Below, in pieces: positions 1-12,334 of a stretch of 64,000 nucleotides of DNA; position 1 is the stretch's first letter; the number at the start of each line of letters is the position of its first letter. The position numbers were made by a program, and so were the translations under genes. The notes under the pieces were generated by a model that saw only the letters and a list, made by a program, of their open reading frames with translations, was not told the origin of the DNA and did not search any database. This DNA comes from Mustelus asterias (lineage: Eukaryota): contig NC_135810.1 of the NCBI RefSeq assembly GCF_964213995.1, forward strand, positions 63,426,001 through 63,490,000. The letters are read 5' to 3'.

Positions 1-690
1 TGTAGTCTCACTAATTAATGCCTTGTATAGTTGCAGCAACACTTCCTTACTTTTATACTCTACACCTTTAACTATAACTGCCAAAATTCCATTTGTTTTC
101 CTTATTAACTGCTGTACCTGCATATGGTTTTCTGTGACTCATGTACGAGGACACCCAGATCCCTCTGCACTGAAACACCCTGGAGAGTCTCTCCTTTTAA
201 ATAATAAGTTGCCTTTCCATTTTTCTGACCAAAGTGGATAACCTCATGCTTATCCACGTTAAACTCCAACTGCCACATTTTCGCCCATCTATCCTATTTA
301 CATCCTTTTGTTATTTCCTCATTGCAACTTACTATCCCACCTCTGACGAAAGGTCATCTAGACTCGAAACACTGGCTCTGTTCTCTCCTCACAGATACTG
401 TCATACCTGCTGAGATTTTCCAGCATTTTTTGTTTTTGTACTATCCCACCTATTTTAGTGTCATTTGCCAATTTGGCCATAGTACCTTCTATCCCTGTAT
501 CCAAGTCATTATATGGATTGTAAATAGTTGGGGCCCGAGGACCGAACCCTGTGGCACCCCACTTGTTACATCCTGCCAACCAGAAAAAGATCCGTTTATC
601 CCGACTCTGCCTTCATCAGTTAGCCAGTCTTCTATCCAAGCTAATATATTACTCCTAACCCCATGTAATCTTACCTACTGTGCAGCAACT
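1..690 (-). mobile_element. CR1-clade LINE ORF2 (RT) fragment, interrupted by a 96-bp insertion at 343-438
   Basis: Minus-strand translation gives the CR1 RT motif region (..YNDLDTGIEGTMAKLANDTKIGG.., a decayed SKFADDTK motif). Plus strand has the typical antisense GPRTEPCGTPLVT string. Confidence 0.85.
343..438 (+). mobile_element. Short Penelope-type repeat with a minimal hammerhead-like core, 13-bp TSD
   Basis: CTGACGA-aaggtcatctagactc-GAAAC core. Flanked by TACTATCCCACCT at 330-342 and 439-451. Confidence 0.7.
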
Positions 691-1499
691 TATCACATGC
701 TTTCCTGACCCTGGTGTTCCTTGATTTCTGAAATGATAGTCTACTATGATCAAGAATATCTTATCTCTGTTCAGAGGAGACAAACCCAAAACATTCCCAT
801 GGTCTCAATGGAAAGGAAGATGACATCATTGGTTCTCTTGTCTCCTGACACTGTATGCCACAAGTAATAGTATTTGATGTCATCCTTTCAAGCGACTTTG
901 AGAGACCTGGCCACCAGACAGAATATCTTGCTCTGGCTCAACATTTTGCATTGCCTGTTGTATGTTGGTTGTGGCTGTGACTGGCTAAGGAACAGTTGCA
1001 GAGACATTTTACACTCCCCCTCCCACCCGGTGTGTTTTTAGGGGGAATGAAATTGCAGTGACGGAATTCCCTCTGGGTTCCCACCCACCCTGCCGTTGCA
1101 GTGATTTTACGCTGGGGTGGGCAGAGCCTTAGACGGGAAGCCCACACATGCCCCAGTTAAAGCCCATTTAATGGTCACTTCAGGGGCATTTTCCATCTAG
1201 CCTCAATTTTTAGGTTGACAGACCAATTGAAGCTCTGTGGGGGAAGTTTGAAATTAACCAAAGTTAGATCTGGGGTGGAGAGGTGGGTGGAGTGCATCTC
1301 AAATCTCCTTCTTAATTCCCGAGCCCCCAACCTCCCTGAATGCCCAGTGACCTCCAACCTTCCCACCACCTTCCATTCAGTTCAGAAGATGAAACTACTG
1401 ATTGTAAATAACATATTGGGCGAGAGCTTCCAGGTATTCACGCCAGCGGTATCTTCCAGTCCTGACGATGGTGCATCCCTGCTGCGGGTTTCCGGGTTA

Positions 1500-2330
1500 T
1501 GACGGTTATATGATGGTTATAACCTAGATAGTTCTTGATCAGATAGGATTGTTACGTTTGTTCCTGCATCCAATTTGAAATTAGTGATGTGTTCATGGAC
1601 TCAAATGTCCACATTTCAGAGCACATACCTTTATCTGTGATCCCACCTAGGAAGCATTGTTGTTTCTCTTTTTGTGAGACTTCTGTATTTCATTGTCTTG
1701 TGTGCAAAGATTCTCTTGTGAGCCTCTATGTATCTACAGTTTCAGTTCGCCATATCTTTCCAAAGGGTCCAAATCTTTGACAATGAAAGCATTCTGCAGT
1801 GCTTGCAGGACACTCTTTGTGCTCGTGGGGCTTTCTGGTGTCACAGCACTGACATGGTTTACTAATATCTTGAGCTTTTGTTCCATAAGGTCTTTTTTAA
1901 CCCTGGAATGTCTTTGCTTTCTGCAAGTTCTCATCATCATACTCTTCAGGCCAGACATCGTGACATTATTGAGTACTTTACTGAGCACACATCCTTATTA
2001 GTTTTTTCACCAATTTCTTTGGCAGATGCTGGCATATAGTCTTTACATGAAATCTCAAAAGACCTTCTGTATTTGCATGATCTACTGACAAATGGTATTT
2101 AATATTGTAGAGATGGCTAATTTTATCATTTGGCGCTCCCTACACTCTCCTAGTACTTCTTCAATTTCATTCATACTGTTATAACGCTGATGTAAATAAC
2201 TCAGTCTGAGTGAACCATATTTTCTCCAGCCATTCATTAGGGAGATTTTGTTCTCTCCTACTACTATGGATTGTGAGTAATAAGATGCATCATCATATTC
2301 CACACTAACTTCACTTAAAACTGAATCCTG
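1500..2330 (-). mobile_element. Degenerate Gypsy gag-protease relic
   Basis: Minus strand ~1545-1586 reads TNFKLDAGTNVTIL, a decayed retropepsin D-T-G motif. Gag-like fragments lie upstream (ORFs 1734-1988 and 2082-2303). Confidence 0.6.
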
Positions 2331-2399
2331 TTATTGGAATAACTAGTCAGTATCATGCCATTTATGCCTAAGGGAATGTGACTTAAGGACTTCTTATGT

Positions 2400-3150
2400 T
2401 CTCCTTCAGAGATACTGGGCTGCTTTATCAATGATGAATGTCACTCTCCAACTTTCATTCGTACTATGGGCACTGGAATTTTACCTTGAATTCTATTACT
2501 CTTATTTTCCATCAGTTGCTTTTCTTGCTCACTGACTAAATACAAATCTTGACCTTCCAGCTCAATAACATCAAGTTCTGTTTTTATATATATCCTAGGT
2601 GCATTCAAGGATTTCCAGATGTTTGAACTAACTTCAGATCTAACACAACCTCAACCTGATACAAGGCTATGACCTGGAGCTTTAACACAATCAAGAGCAT
2701 TATTACTGATTCCTCTACTCCTACATAACATTTGAATATGGCAGACTTTCTTACAGGCATAACACTTTGATGGGCAGTGGTATTTAAATGATTGGCAGCT
2801 ACTATGGCAATGGGAGCATCTAAATTTATTACTCTGGGACTGTGACCTTGACTACTATGACATAGATCGCACTGAAATCCAGTTGACATCTCCTCCAGGT
2901 TCAAGAAAGTAGCTCCCTTGCAAATTGCAACAATTTCTTTATGCCATTTCTTTGGCTGTGGCCTCACTGAAGGTCTCCTTAAATGACGCTCATAAACTTT
3001 TCCTGGATTTTATTGGTCTTTAGGCCTCCTACAAACATGAGTCCAAGGTTTATTTCTAAGTTTGCATCGTACTCCAGGTGATGAGAGAGCTTCTTTAGTT
3101 TGAGAATGTAATCTGGGATTAATTACCAATTTAAGGACCTCAGTTGGACT
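2400..3150 (-). mobile_element. Degenerate LTR-element gag (several zinc knuckles) plus protease relic
   Basis: Minus strand reads CDLCHSSQGH.., then with a frameshift CSHCHSS..CPSKCYACKKVCHIQMLCRS, then VTFIIDKAAQ (protease-like) at ~2415-2443. Confidence 0.5.
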
Positions 3151-5629
3151 ACAGACAGATGATGCACCTGATAACTCCCTCACAACTCATAAAATAATGG
3201 TGGGAATATAAGAAAATGGGTAGGAGGTGGGTACACTCTGAACAGCTAATTCATGCCCTCACCTGTCCTGTATAATTTAATACTTTATGTTTAACTATCT
3301 TTTTAGACATCAGTTCTGTAATTTTCCCCTTGTCATCAATGTCTCCCCTTATTGTGTTACTTCCTCTGCTCTTCTATCCTGTTTCCTTTAAATTTAGGTA
3401 GCTTAGATTTCTTGTAAATTTCTCCCTAATCTTACTAGTTTCAAGCCTTTGCCATCTCCCTATTTACCCTTTCTGCCAGGACACAGCAGAACCCGTGCCA
3501 TCAGTACAGCCCTTCTTGATCAGAACTGGTGCCAGTCTCCCATGAAAAGGAATCCCTCTTTCACAGACCAGCCCTTTAGCCATGTGTTAGTTCTCCTGGT
3601 CTGTTGGTTCATATGGCAGTTTGCATGTGTTTTGGGTAATAATCCAGAGGGGTATTACAGTCCTCAATTGCCACTCTTCACCTAATTCACTCAAACCTGT
3701 TACAGAAGAAACTTGCACTCAATGTTTGCAAGAGGCAGAGATTTGAAGGCAAAATAGGTCACAATGAGGAGTTCACATTCTTTGGTGAAAGAGCCTTTGA
3801 CTTGTTAGGGAGACCCTACACTCATCCAATGGGTAGCGCTGAGGTCAGGACACCAGTATGAGCACCAGGATAATAGTATACCTGCACAGTTACTGTGGTA
3901 ATGTTTACCCATTCTTAGCTTCAATACTTACTTTCTGCTGTTCCATCACAGCAACAGAGGGCCGACAGCAGAATAAATGAGGAAGTCAACAATAATGAAG
4001 AGGAGGTAAAGCTGGAGAGAAGGGAGATCAGCCTTGTGGACACTGAGGATGATTATATAAAGGAGCATGATGAGGGAGAGAATGTGAAGGTCAGCCTATG
4101 CAGATGTCTTAGGATGCAAACTGTGGTCTGTTCTTCTCGGTCACAACTCCCTCCATCCCACACACTATGAATTGATTTTCACTCCTATGCCGCAACTGAG
4201 AGGAATTGTATAATTTTAATTAGTGTGTGGGTGATTCACTGAGCATAGTATTTTGGTCTCACCTTTGCAGTCACTGATGAGTAAAATGTATTTATTTTTC
4301 ACTGATAAATTACCAGTAGAACACCTCCAACTTACTGCATTTTAAAAGTTTATTTTTCTAAGTCTTACAGATCACTGCTTAAATTCTCGAAATAAGGTTC
4401 ATACTTTAATAGGTCTTTAAAAATAAGATCCAAACAATTTTATTTTTCAGAGCATTTTGGTAGTATTTAGTCCATGAACCATATGCAGGCAGGAGAAATC
4501 CATCTTAGCCAAGGACAATTAGTCTGCAGCAAGGACATCTTGTGAAGAAAAAAAAGATAAAAGCTAGCCAATTTTCATTCAACAATACTAGGAAAGTTAA
4601 TATTTGAAGCAATTTAATATCAATTTCTAAACCAATTTAACAATGAATTGAGCAAATGCCTATCCACTGGAGATGACAGGAGAGCCGACATTTCAACAGA
4701 GGAAGATTTAATCATCATTCACGTTCTGCAGAATGTATTGAAAACCAATTATACATTATAGAACGAAGAAACATTCTTTGTTAGTTAGTCCGAATGCAAA
4801 GCAGAAATCATTTGACTGAATGAGGCTCAGTAGTTTGTTCAAACTGTCACTGATGATTTTTGCTTATTTAGGAGAGACCAAATCTAGTGGACCATTATGT
4901 ATTGCAGAGGATATCATCAGATTGTGGAATTTAATTCTGGCTTTGGAGGATAGCATCTTTTCTTTACTGAGATGCAAAGAAATATTGAGTAGATTGAGCT
5001 TCTGTACAAATCATCATATTACTTTTATTTAATTGTTCATAGATTATCTGACTATCTTAATTCCGTGCTGAAGAGCATTGTCATTTAAAAAAAATGTTAA
5101 GTTGTGCCATAATTTGTAAAAACGTAATGAAATAGAAAAGGCGTCTGAAAAATTTTGTGTATGAATTCTGAACCTTGAACATCTACTGTTGCCTCTATCT
5201 TATCCAAAATGCTTTTAGCACCAATTTAGATTGAAAGAAATGTTGCCATTTAACAATGGATATCATTGTCTTCCTATCTCACTGAAAGAAACATGACTTT
5301 TAATCAAGTCAGTCAGATGCAAAATTAACCTCAAGCGGTAAGGCATTTGTGCTAATGATTTTACTTGATAATAAATTATACTGTCATCTTTATATTTGTG
5401 TATTGTTATTGTCATACACAAGATTCATTTTATTAAGTAAAGTCAAGAGGAGAGGAGAGGTTATGTTAAAGAATCATGTAGTATAATGGGTTAATTCTAT
5501 GGGGTGATGTGCTAATGAGATCCAGCATATTTTATCACGGAAGTGACACAATGTCACATGATCTTGCTCTCTGTAAAAAGTCGCCGTAGTCCCAGATGAC
5601 CAGAGACTGCTCACTACTTTGAGGTGGAG

Positions 5630-5765
5630 CTTTGACAAAAGGTCATCTGGACTCAAAACATCAGCTCTTTTCTCTCCTTACAGATGCTGCCAGACCTGCT
5701 GAGATTTTCCAGCATTTTCTCTTTTGGTTTCAGATTCCAGCATCCGCAGTAATTTGGCTTTTATT
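5630..5765 (+). repeat. Penelope-type hammerhead-like repeat, decayed
   Basis: Same family as 343-438: ttgacaaaaggtcatctggactcaaaac...cagatgctgccagacctgctgagattttccagcatttt. Confidence 0.65.
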
Positions 5766-6847
5766 TAGTTTGCCTAAGCCTGACTTCAAGAACAAAGTAA
5801 GAGAAAAGCAAGACCAAGTGAAGACGAGTCATGATACATGAGGCATGATAGTTAGATCAGTGCTGGTCAAAACGTTATGGTCTAATACCACTAATGTAAT
5901 AACAAAAAGTATGTGGTCGGAGTTGTTGTAAAAAGACTAAGTGCAATCACATATCTAGCAAAGATTGTAAAAAGTCCTCATCAGTGTCATGTAAATGATT
6001 TGCCTGGCAGCAGAAATATGACAAAAGGTGAGCATGGTAAACCTCCCAAATGGCTTCTCCAGCCCAAAGTGAAAGTCAGAAAGAACGTGAATTCACGTGG
6101 AAAGTGAACATTTAATGGTGTGACAGAATCCACTTGGTGAACAAAGTGAGCCAAGGTCTTTGATTAAGACAAACCAATCAATGTCATAGCCCCAACCATT
6201 GGTAGTCAAAGTCGAAGTTCAGATTTGACACAGTCAGGATGTTGAGCAGCAGAGTCAAGCTAGTGGGAATTGAAGGAGATAATAAGACAGAAATAGAAAG
6301 ATGCCACAAATAGGTTAATTGAAAGTTTACAAGAAAGAAGAAGAAATAAGTTGTTGTTTTCATTATTTCTTGTCATATCATGATATTTTACTTAACACAA
6401 TACTGGTGTTAAGGAAAAACATTTTTCTACATGTAAATTACTCTGGTAATGTGTTATGTACTTATATATATTTTGGTTCAGATTAACGTGAAAAAGAAAA
6501 AATCTATTACATTTCAGGTATTGTTGATGTTAGTTTAGCCATTTTGTATTCTGGAAATTATGTACATGCGCCACTTTATATTTTAATGTAATTTTATGTG
6601 GGGAGGGAGTGTAGTGTGTTGCAAGATCTGTGCATTTTAGTATATTGCCCTCTCTGCTCCCAGCTGTTGAACTTGTGTTAATCTTACTCAGTGCAACAGG
6701 GCTACAGCAGGGAAGATATTTGAGGAAAGCTTGGCTAGATGCTCATGGGCAAGGATAAATTCTCTTCCATTTGAAATTGTCACTAAGAGAATGAAGAGAC
6801 AGGATTAATTTTGGATTGCTCTTTTGAACAACTGGCAGAGAAATTGT

Positions 6848-7697
6848 GGGGACTATCTTACTAAACTTTAAGGAAGTGTTGGTTCCGGTGCAAAAAACGG
6901 CATGTTGGTTTTCTCTCCAGACCTTACCATACACTGTGTTTTATGCCGTCATGCAGGAGCTGTGGCCTAAACATGCCAGAAAAGCTCGGTTGCACTGAGA
7001 TCGAACTGCCATGTTTAAAGGATGCCCCGATCAGAACATGAATCATTCTCCCACTCCAGCCCATGGAGGTCTCAGGGGCTTCCCTCCTACACGCCACTCT
7101 GGTCACAGTTGGCATTCACCACCACCCACCCCTCTAATCGGAGTTGGCACCTCTTCCCCTGCCTCCCTGATCTGAGTCAGCATTCACTTCCCCAACCCCC
7201 TGATTGGAGTCAGCATTTCACCTCCCCAACAGTCAGTGCTGGCACTCCTCCCTTCCTCCCGAACATCGGACTCCTTGCCCTCCACCAACCCCTCACCCAT
7301 ATAGCCATGCTGGCACCCACCAACCTCCCAACCCCTCAAACAGCTATCGCCACATCTCTAGGTCCCATATCCTCTCCCAGACATTACCGTATACAAACAA
7401 ATTAATCCCTGGAGGGATCCCCGGGACAGGTTCATGTCTAGGTGAGCCAATGTCAGGTTAACATGTTGTGAATATGCTGTGGGAGGGTTAATATATGGCG
7501 AGGGGCAGGTAATGAAATGTAAATCCGTGGAAATGTATTTGAATCAGATTCACGCCTGTTGCGGGTATGAACCTAATTACGTTGATGGCGAATGCGGCAA
7601 AAATGGGAAGTCGTGATCTCACCAGCAAGATCCATGACTTCCGAGTTTCAATGCATCTTGAGCCCCCAATGGCATCCTCGTGGTGAGAATGGGCTCA
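6848..7697. mobile_element. Non-autonomous Harbinger-like DNA element
   Basis: GC-rich insert with GGG...CC(C)-type degenerate termini and a C-rich interior, like the better preserved copies at 17717 and 47288. Confidence 0.45.
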
Positions 7698-8214
7698 AGA
7701 TCCTGGCCTATGGGTCCAAATGACTTCCTGCTGCATTGTAAACATCTCAAAGTGCAGTCCCAAATCTGGTTCAGGTAAGAAAAGAAACTTTCCAAACAAA
7801 TTCCCCTTGTGTATTCTCCATTGCTTATTTGCAAAGAATATGTGCTTCAGTTGTGTTTAGCTGGTACAAAACCACTGTTGATTAGAGTAATAATTTGAGC
7901 TTTTATCCCATTTCTACAGCAAATGCAGCACAAACCTCAAAGTCACATTTTTCCATGAATTATCAGTTGCTAAAAAAATTAAAATCGGAAATTCATGCCT
8001 AAGTCCTGCCTGTTGTGATTTTCGAGAGGGGGCCATCACACTCAGTCAAGAATCTAAGCAGTCTATTTAAATGAGGATACTGTGACATGTCCAGAAATGG
8101 ATGACAGTTTCTTCAGATTCAATGCTGCTTTCTGAGCATGTCCACAAATCCTGGGCAATGCAGGATGTGAAATGACCAGTGGCAGTGAGACTCAAGGAGC
8201 GAGCTACGTATTTT

Positions 8215-8340
8215 ACTTTAAACCACTGTAATGTTTAACTGAATCTGTTTCTCTCCATAGATGCTGCCTGGCCTGCTGAGTCTTTCCAGCATTTTTAATT
8301 TTTTTTCAGATTTTAAACATCTACATAATGTTGCTTTTGT
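8215..8340 (+). repeat. Penelope-type repeat fragment
   Basis: tctgtttctctccatagatgctgcctggcctgctgagtctttccagcatt matches the 3' part of the 343-438 family. Confidence 0.55.
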
Positions 8341-8786
8341 GCTGAAGACTTGCAAGTGACTGCTATAATGTGCAATATTGCCTAGATGCAGTCCAGACCA
8401 TTACAACCTCGAACATCTTTGTCTTCCGCTCCCTTCAGATTGCAACTGGAGATACCAGCACCATCAACTGAATTGAATCCTTCCAAGCCCAAACAAAATA
8501 ATAACACAATGACCAGTAGTGAGGGTAGTGACAGGGTGTGCAATTAAGAGCAGTGGAGATGTAGTGAAGTTGTGATTAGAGGAACAGTTTGTACTGGGAA
8601 GGGAAGGGAGGAATCGTAATTCTATGGTTGAAGCATGTGTAGTTTCAGGACTGGCACTGATCTGCTTCATCATGTTTTGTGATGCCTGCTGACTTAATTG
8701 GTATTGGACTATCTTAGAGAAACATAATCCCCTTCTTAGCTTAATAAGCAACTCCAAGACACTATTTAAAATTGGAGGCGTGAGAA

Positions 8787-9038
8787 TGTGGTAACCCCCA
8801 TAAGTTCCATGGAGAATCTCTAACATTTCTCCCTGTGGGGCTTGTTGAATACAAGTTCCCTTGGTAACAGGCAATGCCTGCCCATCACCTGAGCCCTTTA
8901 TAAAGCAGACACCAGGAAGGGTCTGCAGAACTGTTGTTCCTATTGGGCCTTGTGCATGTACACCATAGAATAGTGGCTTTATTTTATGTTTAACAATAAA
9001 GACCATTCCTTTTCGATTGGCCTCCCTGAGTTATTACA
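8787..9038 (+). mobile_element. Solo LTR
   Basis: TGTGGTAAC...GTTATTACA termini, internal TATAAA and AATAAA, ~250 bp. No clean TSD. Confidence 0.55.
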
Positions 9039-12000
9039 GAAGAGTCCGGTTTAGTGCACTGACATCAATAATGTGTCCTTTGCTCCACTGCAGCAGTGTA
9101 ACTTCCTCAAACCTCCACTAAGAACACCACTGTTCCTTTAAAGCAGTGCAGTCTGGCTTTAGCAAGCAACAGGCCCATTGGACTTTCCACCCATCCAAAT
9201 GGCAAACTATTATCAGCATTACTGTTGGTTACTCGCTACTCAAATACAAATGAGGCCTGACCATGAAAATCCATTGACTTGCTGCCAACATCATCAGATG
9301 GACATAGTAATTGTCCCACATAATGCCCGCCCAATAGTTGCACACATGTAAATCAATCTCAACACAACAGAAGATCCACCTCAAAGTAATAAATGCTCCT
9401 TGCACAAGAATGAATACTGAAGATGTTACCTTCAGAAGTAGCCACATATATCACCGCCCTACAAGTAATGTTCCCATTTTTCAATGTTAAATAAATCTTC
9501 ATTATTAGAGCTGTGAGACTAGTGGGTATTTGCCAAACATCATTTACAAGAATGTTGCCTTAAATTGTGAAATGTTGTATGTTTTGATTGATTCATTATA
9601 GCACAGCTATTTTGAATACACCTTCTAAAAATAGTTCCTGAGATTCTTTTCATTTGCTATGTTCCATCTAATAACAGAAAAATAATTTGTTTTACGGAGA
9701 AGTCATCTGCTTAAGAGGCTACTGTGATGAAATGTAATATGTTAAGTCACTTTGTTATTCAGTAATTAAATAGCCTTCTTTACTTTAATATAATTTCATG
9801 GTTCTAAGTACTGGAAATGCAAGTAAATAATTCATGTGTTCAGAAGTTGAGTGCATTATAGGCTCCAGATGTAAAAGCTGTGGGAGGAAGAGATTACTAC
9901 CAGCCAACCAAAGAAAACGAAAACATTTATAGAAGAAGGCAAGTTAATCTAATACACCTAATTAGGCATTTTATATTGACTCCACGCTTCAGTAAGTAAA
10001 GCTGCAGTCAATGATTCTTTCACTTATTGATACTGACATTTACAGTTATCAACGACTATGATAAATAATGCTACTTCAGGAGGATAATACCTCATTTTGT
10101 CAGTTCCTTCCTTAATGATCTTCACCAACAGCAGTGTACAGTTTATTACGAGTGATCAAATGGAAACTAATGGTTTGGTAGTCTTCATAACGTCCAAATA
10201 TCCTTCATTAATTAGAGGGTAACCTGTGGTAGATTAGGGGGTGACTACAACTACTGGAATTTGTTTTGACTATTGTTAAATTAATGCAGAAATGATTTCC
10301 TGCATAGAACTTTGGAGGTATTTCATTCAAACTCACCGTAAAAAAAAAGTTTTAATTCAATAATGAAAACTGAAAAGTTTAATAAATATTAGGGACAACA
10401 CTGGAATTTGAATCTGTTAACTTAAACCTTGCAGTTCATATCCAAAGTAGAAAACAGGATGTGACATGATTGTTCATTTTGAAGAGATATGTAAAATTGC
10501 TTGCTGCACTTGTACCTCCTGTGACCTGGGTCATGGTGAAGTCTGTTCACTGCCATTGACTTATTTGGTCTATGTCACATATTAAGACCAGGATTCTGCT
10601 AAAATCTCTTAGGTGTGACCTGTATCACCTCTGCGGACATGACTTGGTTCATGATATGGGAGATCCAACCCCTCCCTATTGATCATTAGCACCTTTGTTT
10701 TTCTCCCCTGCCCTTCCACTCTCTCATCCTTCTTCCGTCCACGAAGCACAATTTTCAGCTTTGGACTCTTAATTTTATTTCCACAATCCCCCAATTGTAT
10801 AAGAGTTTGCAGATTCCATCCTAACCCCTCAAGTAAAAAGTAATCAATTCTACAATCCTGTTCCCTCAACAAGCAACATTTTCCCAGTGGTACATTCACT
10901 GCTTACCATCGCTACAATCTCCCCCATCCTCCAGTAAACAATATTTCCCCAACATCAGGATTTCCACCATTCATCTTGACTCTCCACTGAGGGGGAGGTC
11001 AAGAATGGAGCCATGGATAGTAAAGGGTGGAGAGATAGGAAAATGGGAATGTAGATGGGATGCAAGGGAAGAGGAAAAGGAAGGAGAAAAAGGAGGAAGC
11101 TAGATATTGAGATGAGAGGAAGCATGTTTGTATAAACCTTCACTCTCCCAGCAGGTGTTACCCTAAGCCTATAATATAGGCTCAGGGTAACATACCTGCA
11201 GTTCTTTGAGAGAGTGCGTAAAGAAGCTTCCCTTTTTTATGGTGACTGCCAGGGTGTTGTGTCATCTCCAGCAGCAAGATCTAGCACAGCAAGATTAATA
11301 TTGCCTAGGGCATCCCTCCTCCCCTTTCCACTTCCAATTTTCCCTTTCTTCACACCTCTTCCTCACTCTTCTCCTTTTCCCTCCCCCTTGTTTCTCACAT
11401 TCTCAGTTACTCCTCTCCCATCCCCTTCTTCTCACAAGCTTCTGCTTTGATAAGTTCTATAACAGGAAGGTGATTCATTCCAATGGTTCATGTTGAAAGT
11501 TAAAATTACTCCCATTGAGTACTTCCTCAAATTTTTTTTTGCAAGTGAAAATTTAATCAATTTGAATTTTGAAAGCTCTCTTTGCCACCTGCTTCTTACT
11601 GATTGCTTAAATTTCCTTAACAAAATTACAATTAATGCACCATTAATCCAGTCTTTTGGGGGAGCAAGTTCCAGGTTTCCAATATTCCTTATGCTTCCTG
11701 ACTTCACGACTGAATGACCAAATTCTAATATTATGACTTTTTTTCCCTTTTCTTCTAGATTTCCCTCCCAGCAGGGTACATGGTGGGGTTAGCAGAATCA
11801 GGATCTGACATTTTTAATCACACAATTCCCTTGTGCTTTCTGTGTCTTCTTGCAATATGTTCACCAATTCATGAATAAGCTCATTTAAATAATGAGGCAC
11901 AGTCTGGCTGCAATTCCACATTTCCTGATTTTTCACTCTCAAAGCACTTGATGTAATTTATAAAATTGAATATTTGACAGGATCAGTGGAAGCAGGCAGG

Positions 12001-12334
12001 TCTGTGGAGTTACTAAGCTTGAAGAGTCTTTGGGGGCTAGATTTTCCCAGCCCCTTGGATTCAGGCTGTAAGATGGGGCTGGAAATCTGGTGGGGAAGGC
12101 ACCAGGAACCCAATGTCTTTCTGCCATGATTGCATATTAGCAGCGGTGGGAACCTCAGTAAATGGCTGTTCCAAGGGTGGCCAGATGAGGCAATATGTAC
12201 CCAATGAGCTGTTGTTGCATGAGGAGGCTACCTTCCTGAGGATTTTTTCAGGGAGGGATTGGGTGGTGGTGGGGGGAGAGGGGGGCCCTTTCTTTAATGC
12301 AGCTTCATGGCCGCCGGAAGCTCCTGGGGGATCC

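Noticed and set aside
8464-9006. 180-aa ORF
   Set aside because: It crosses a solo LTR boundary in antisense and has no recognisable domain.
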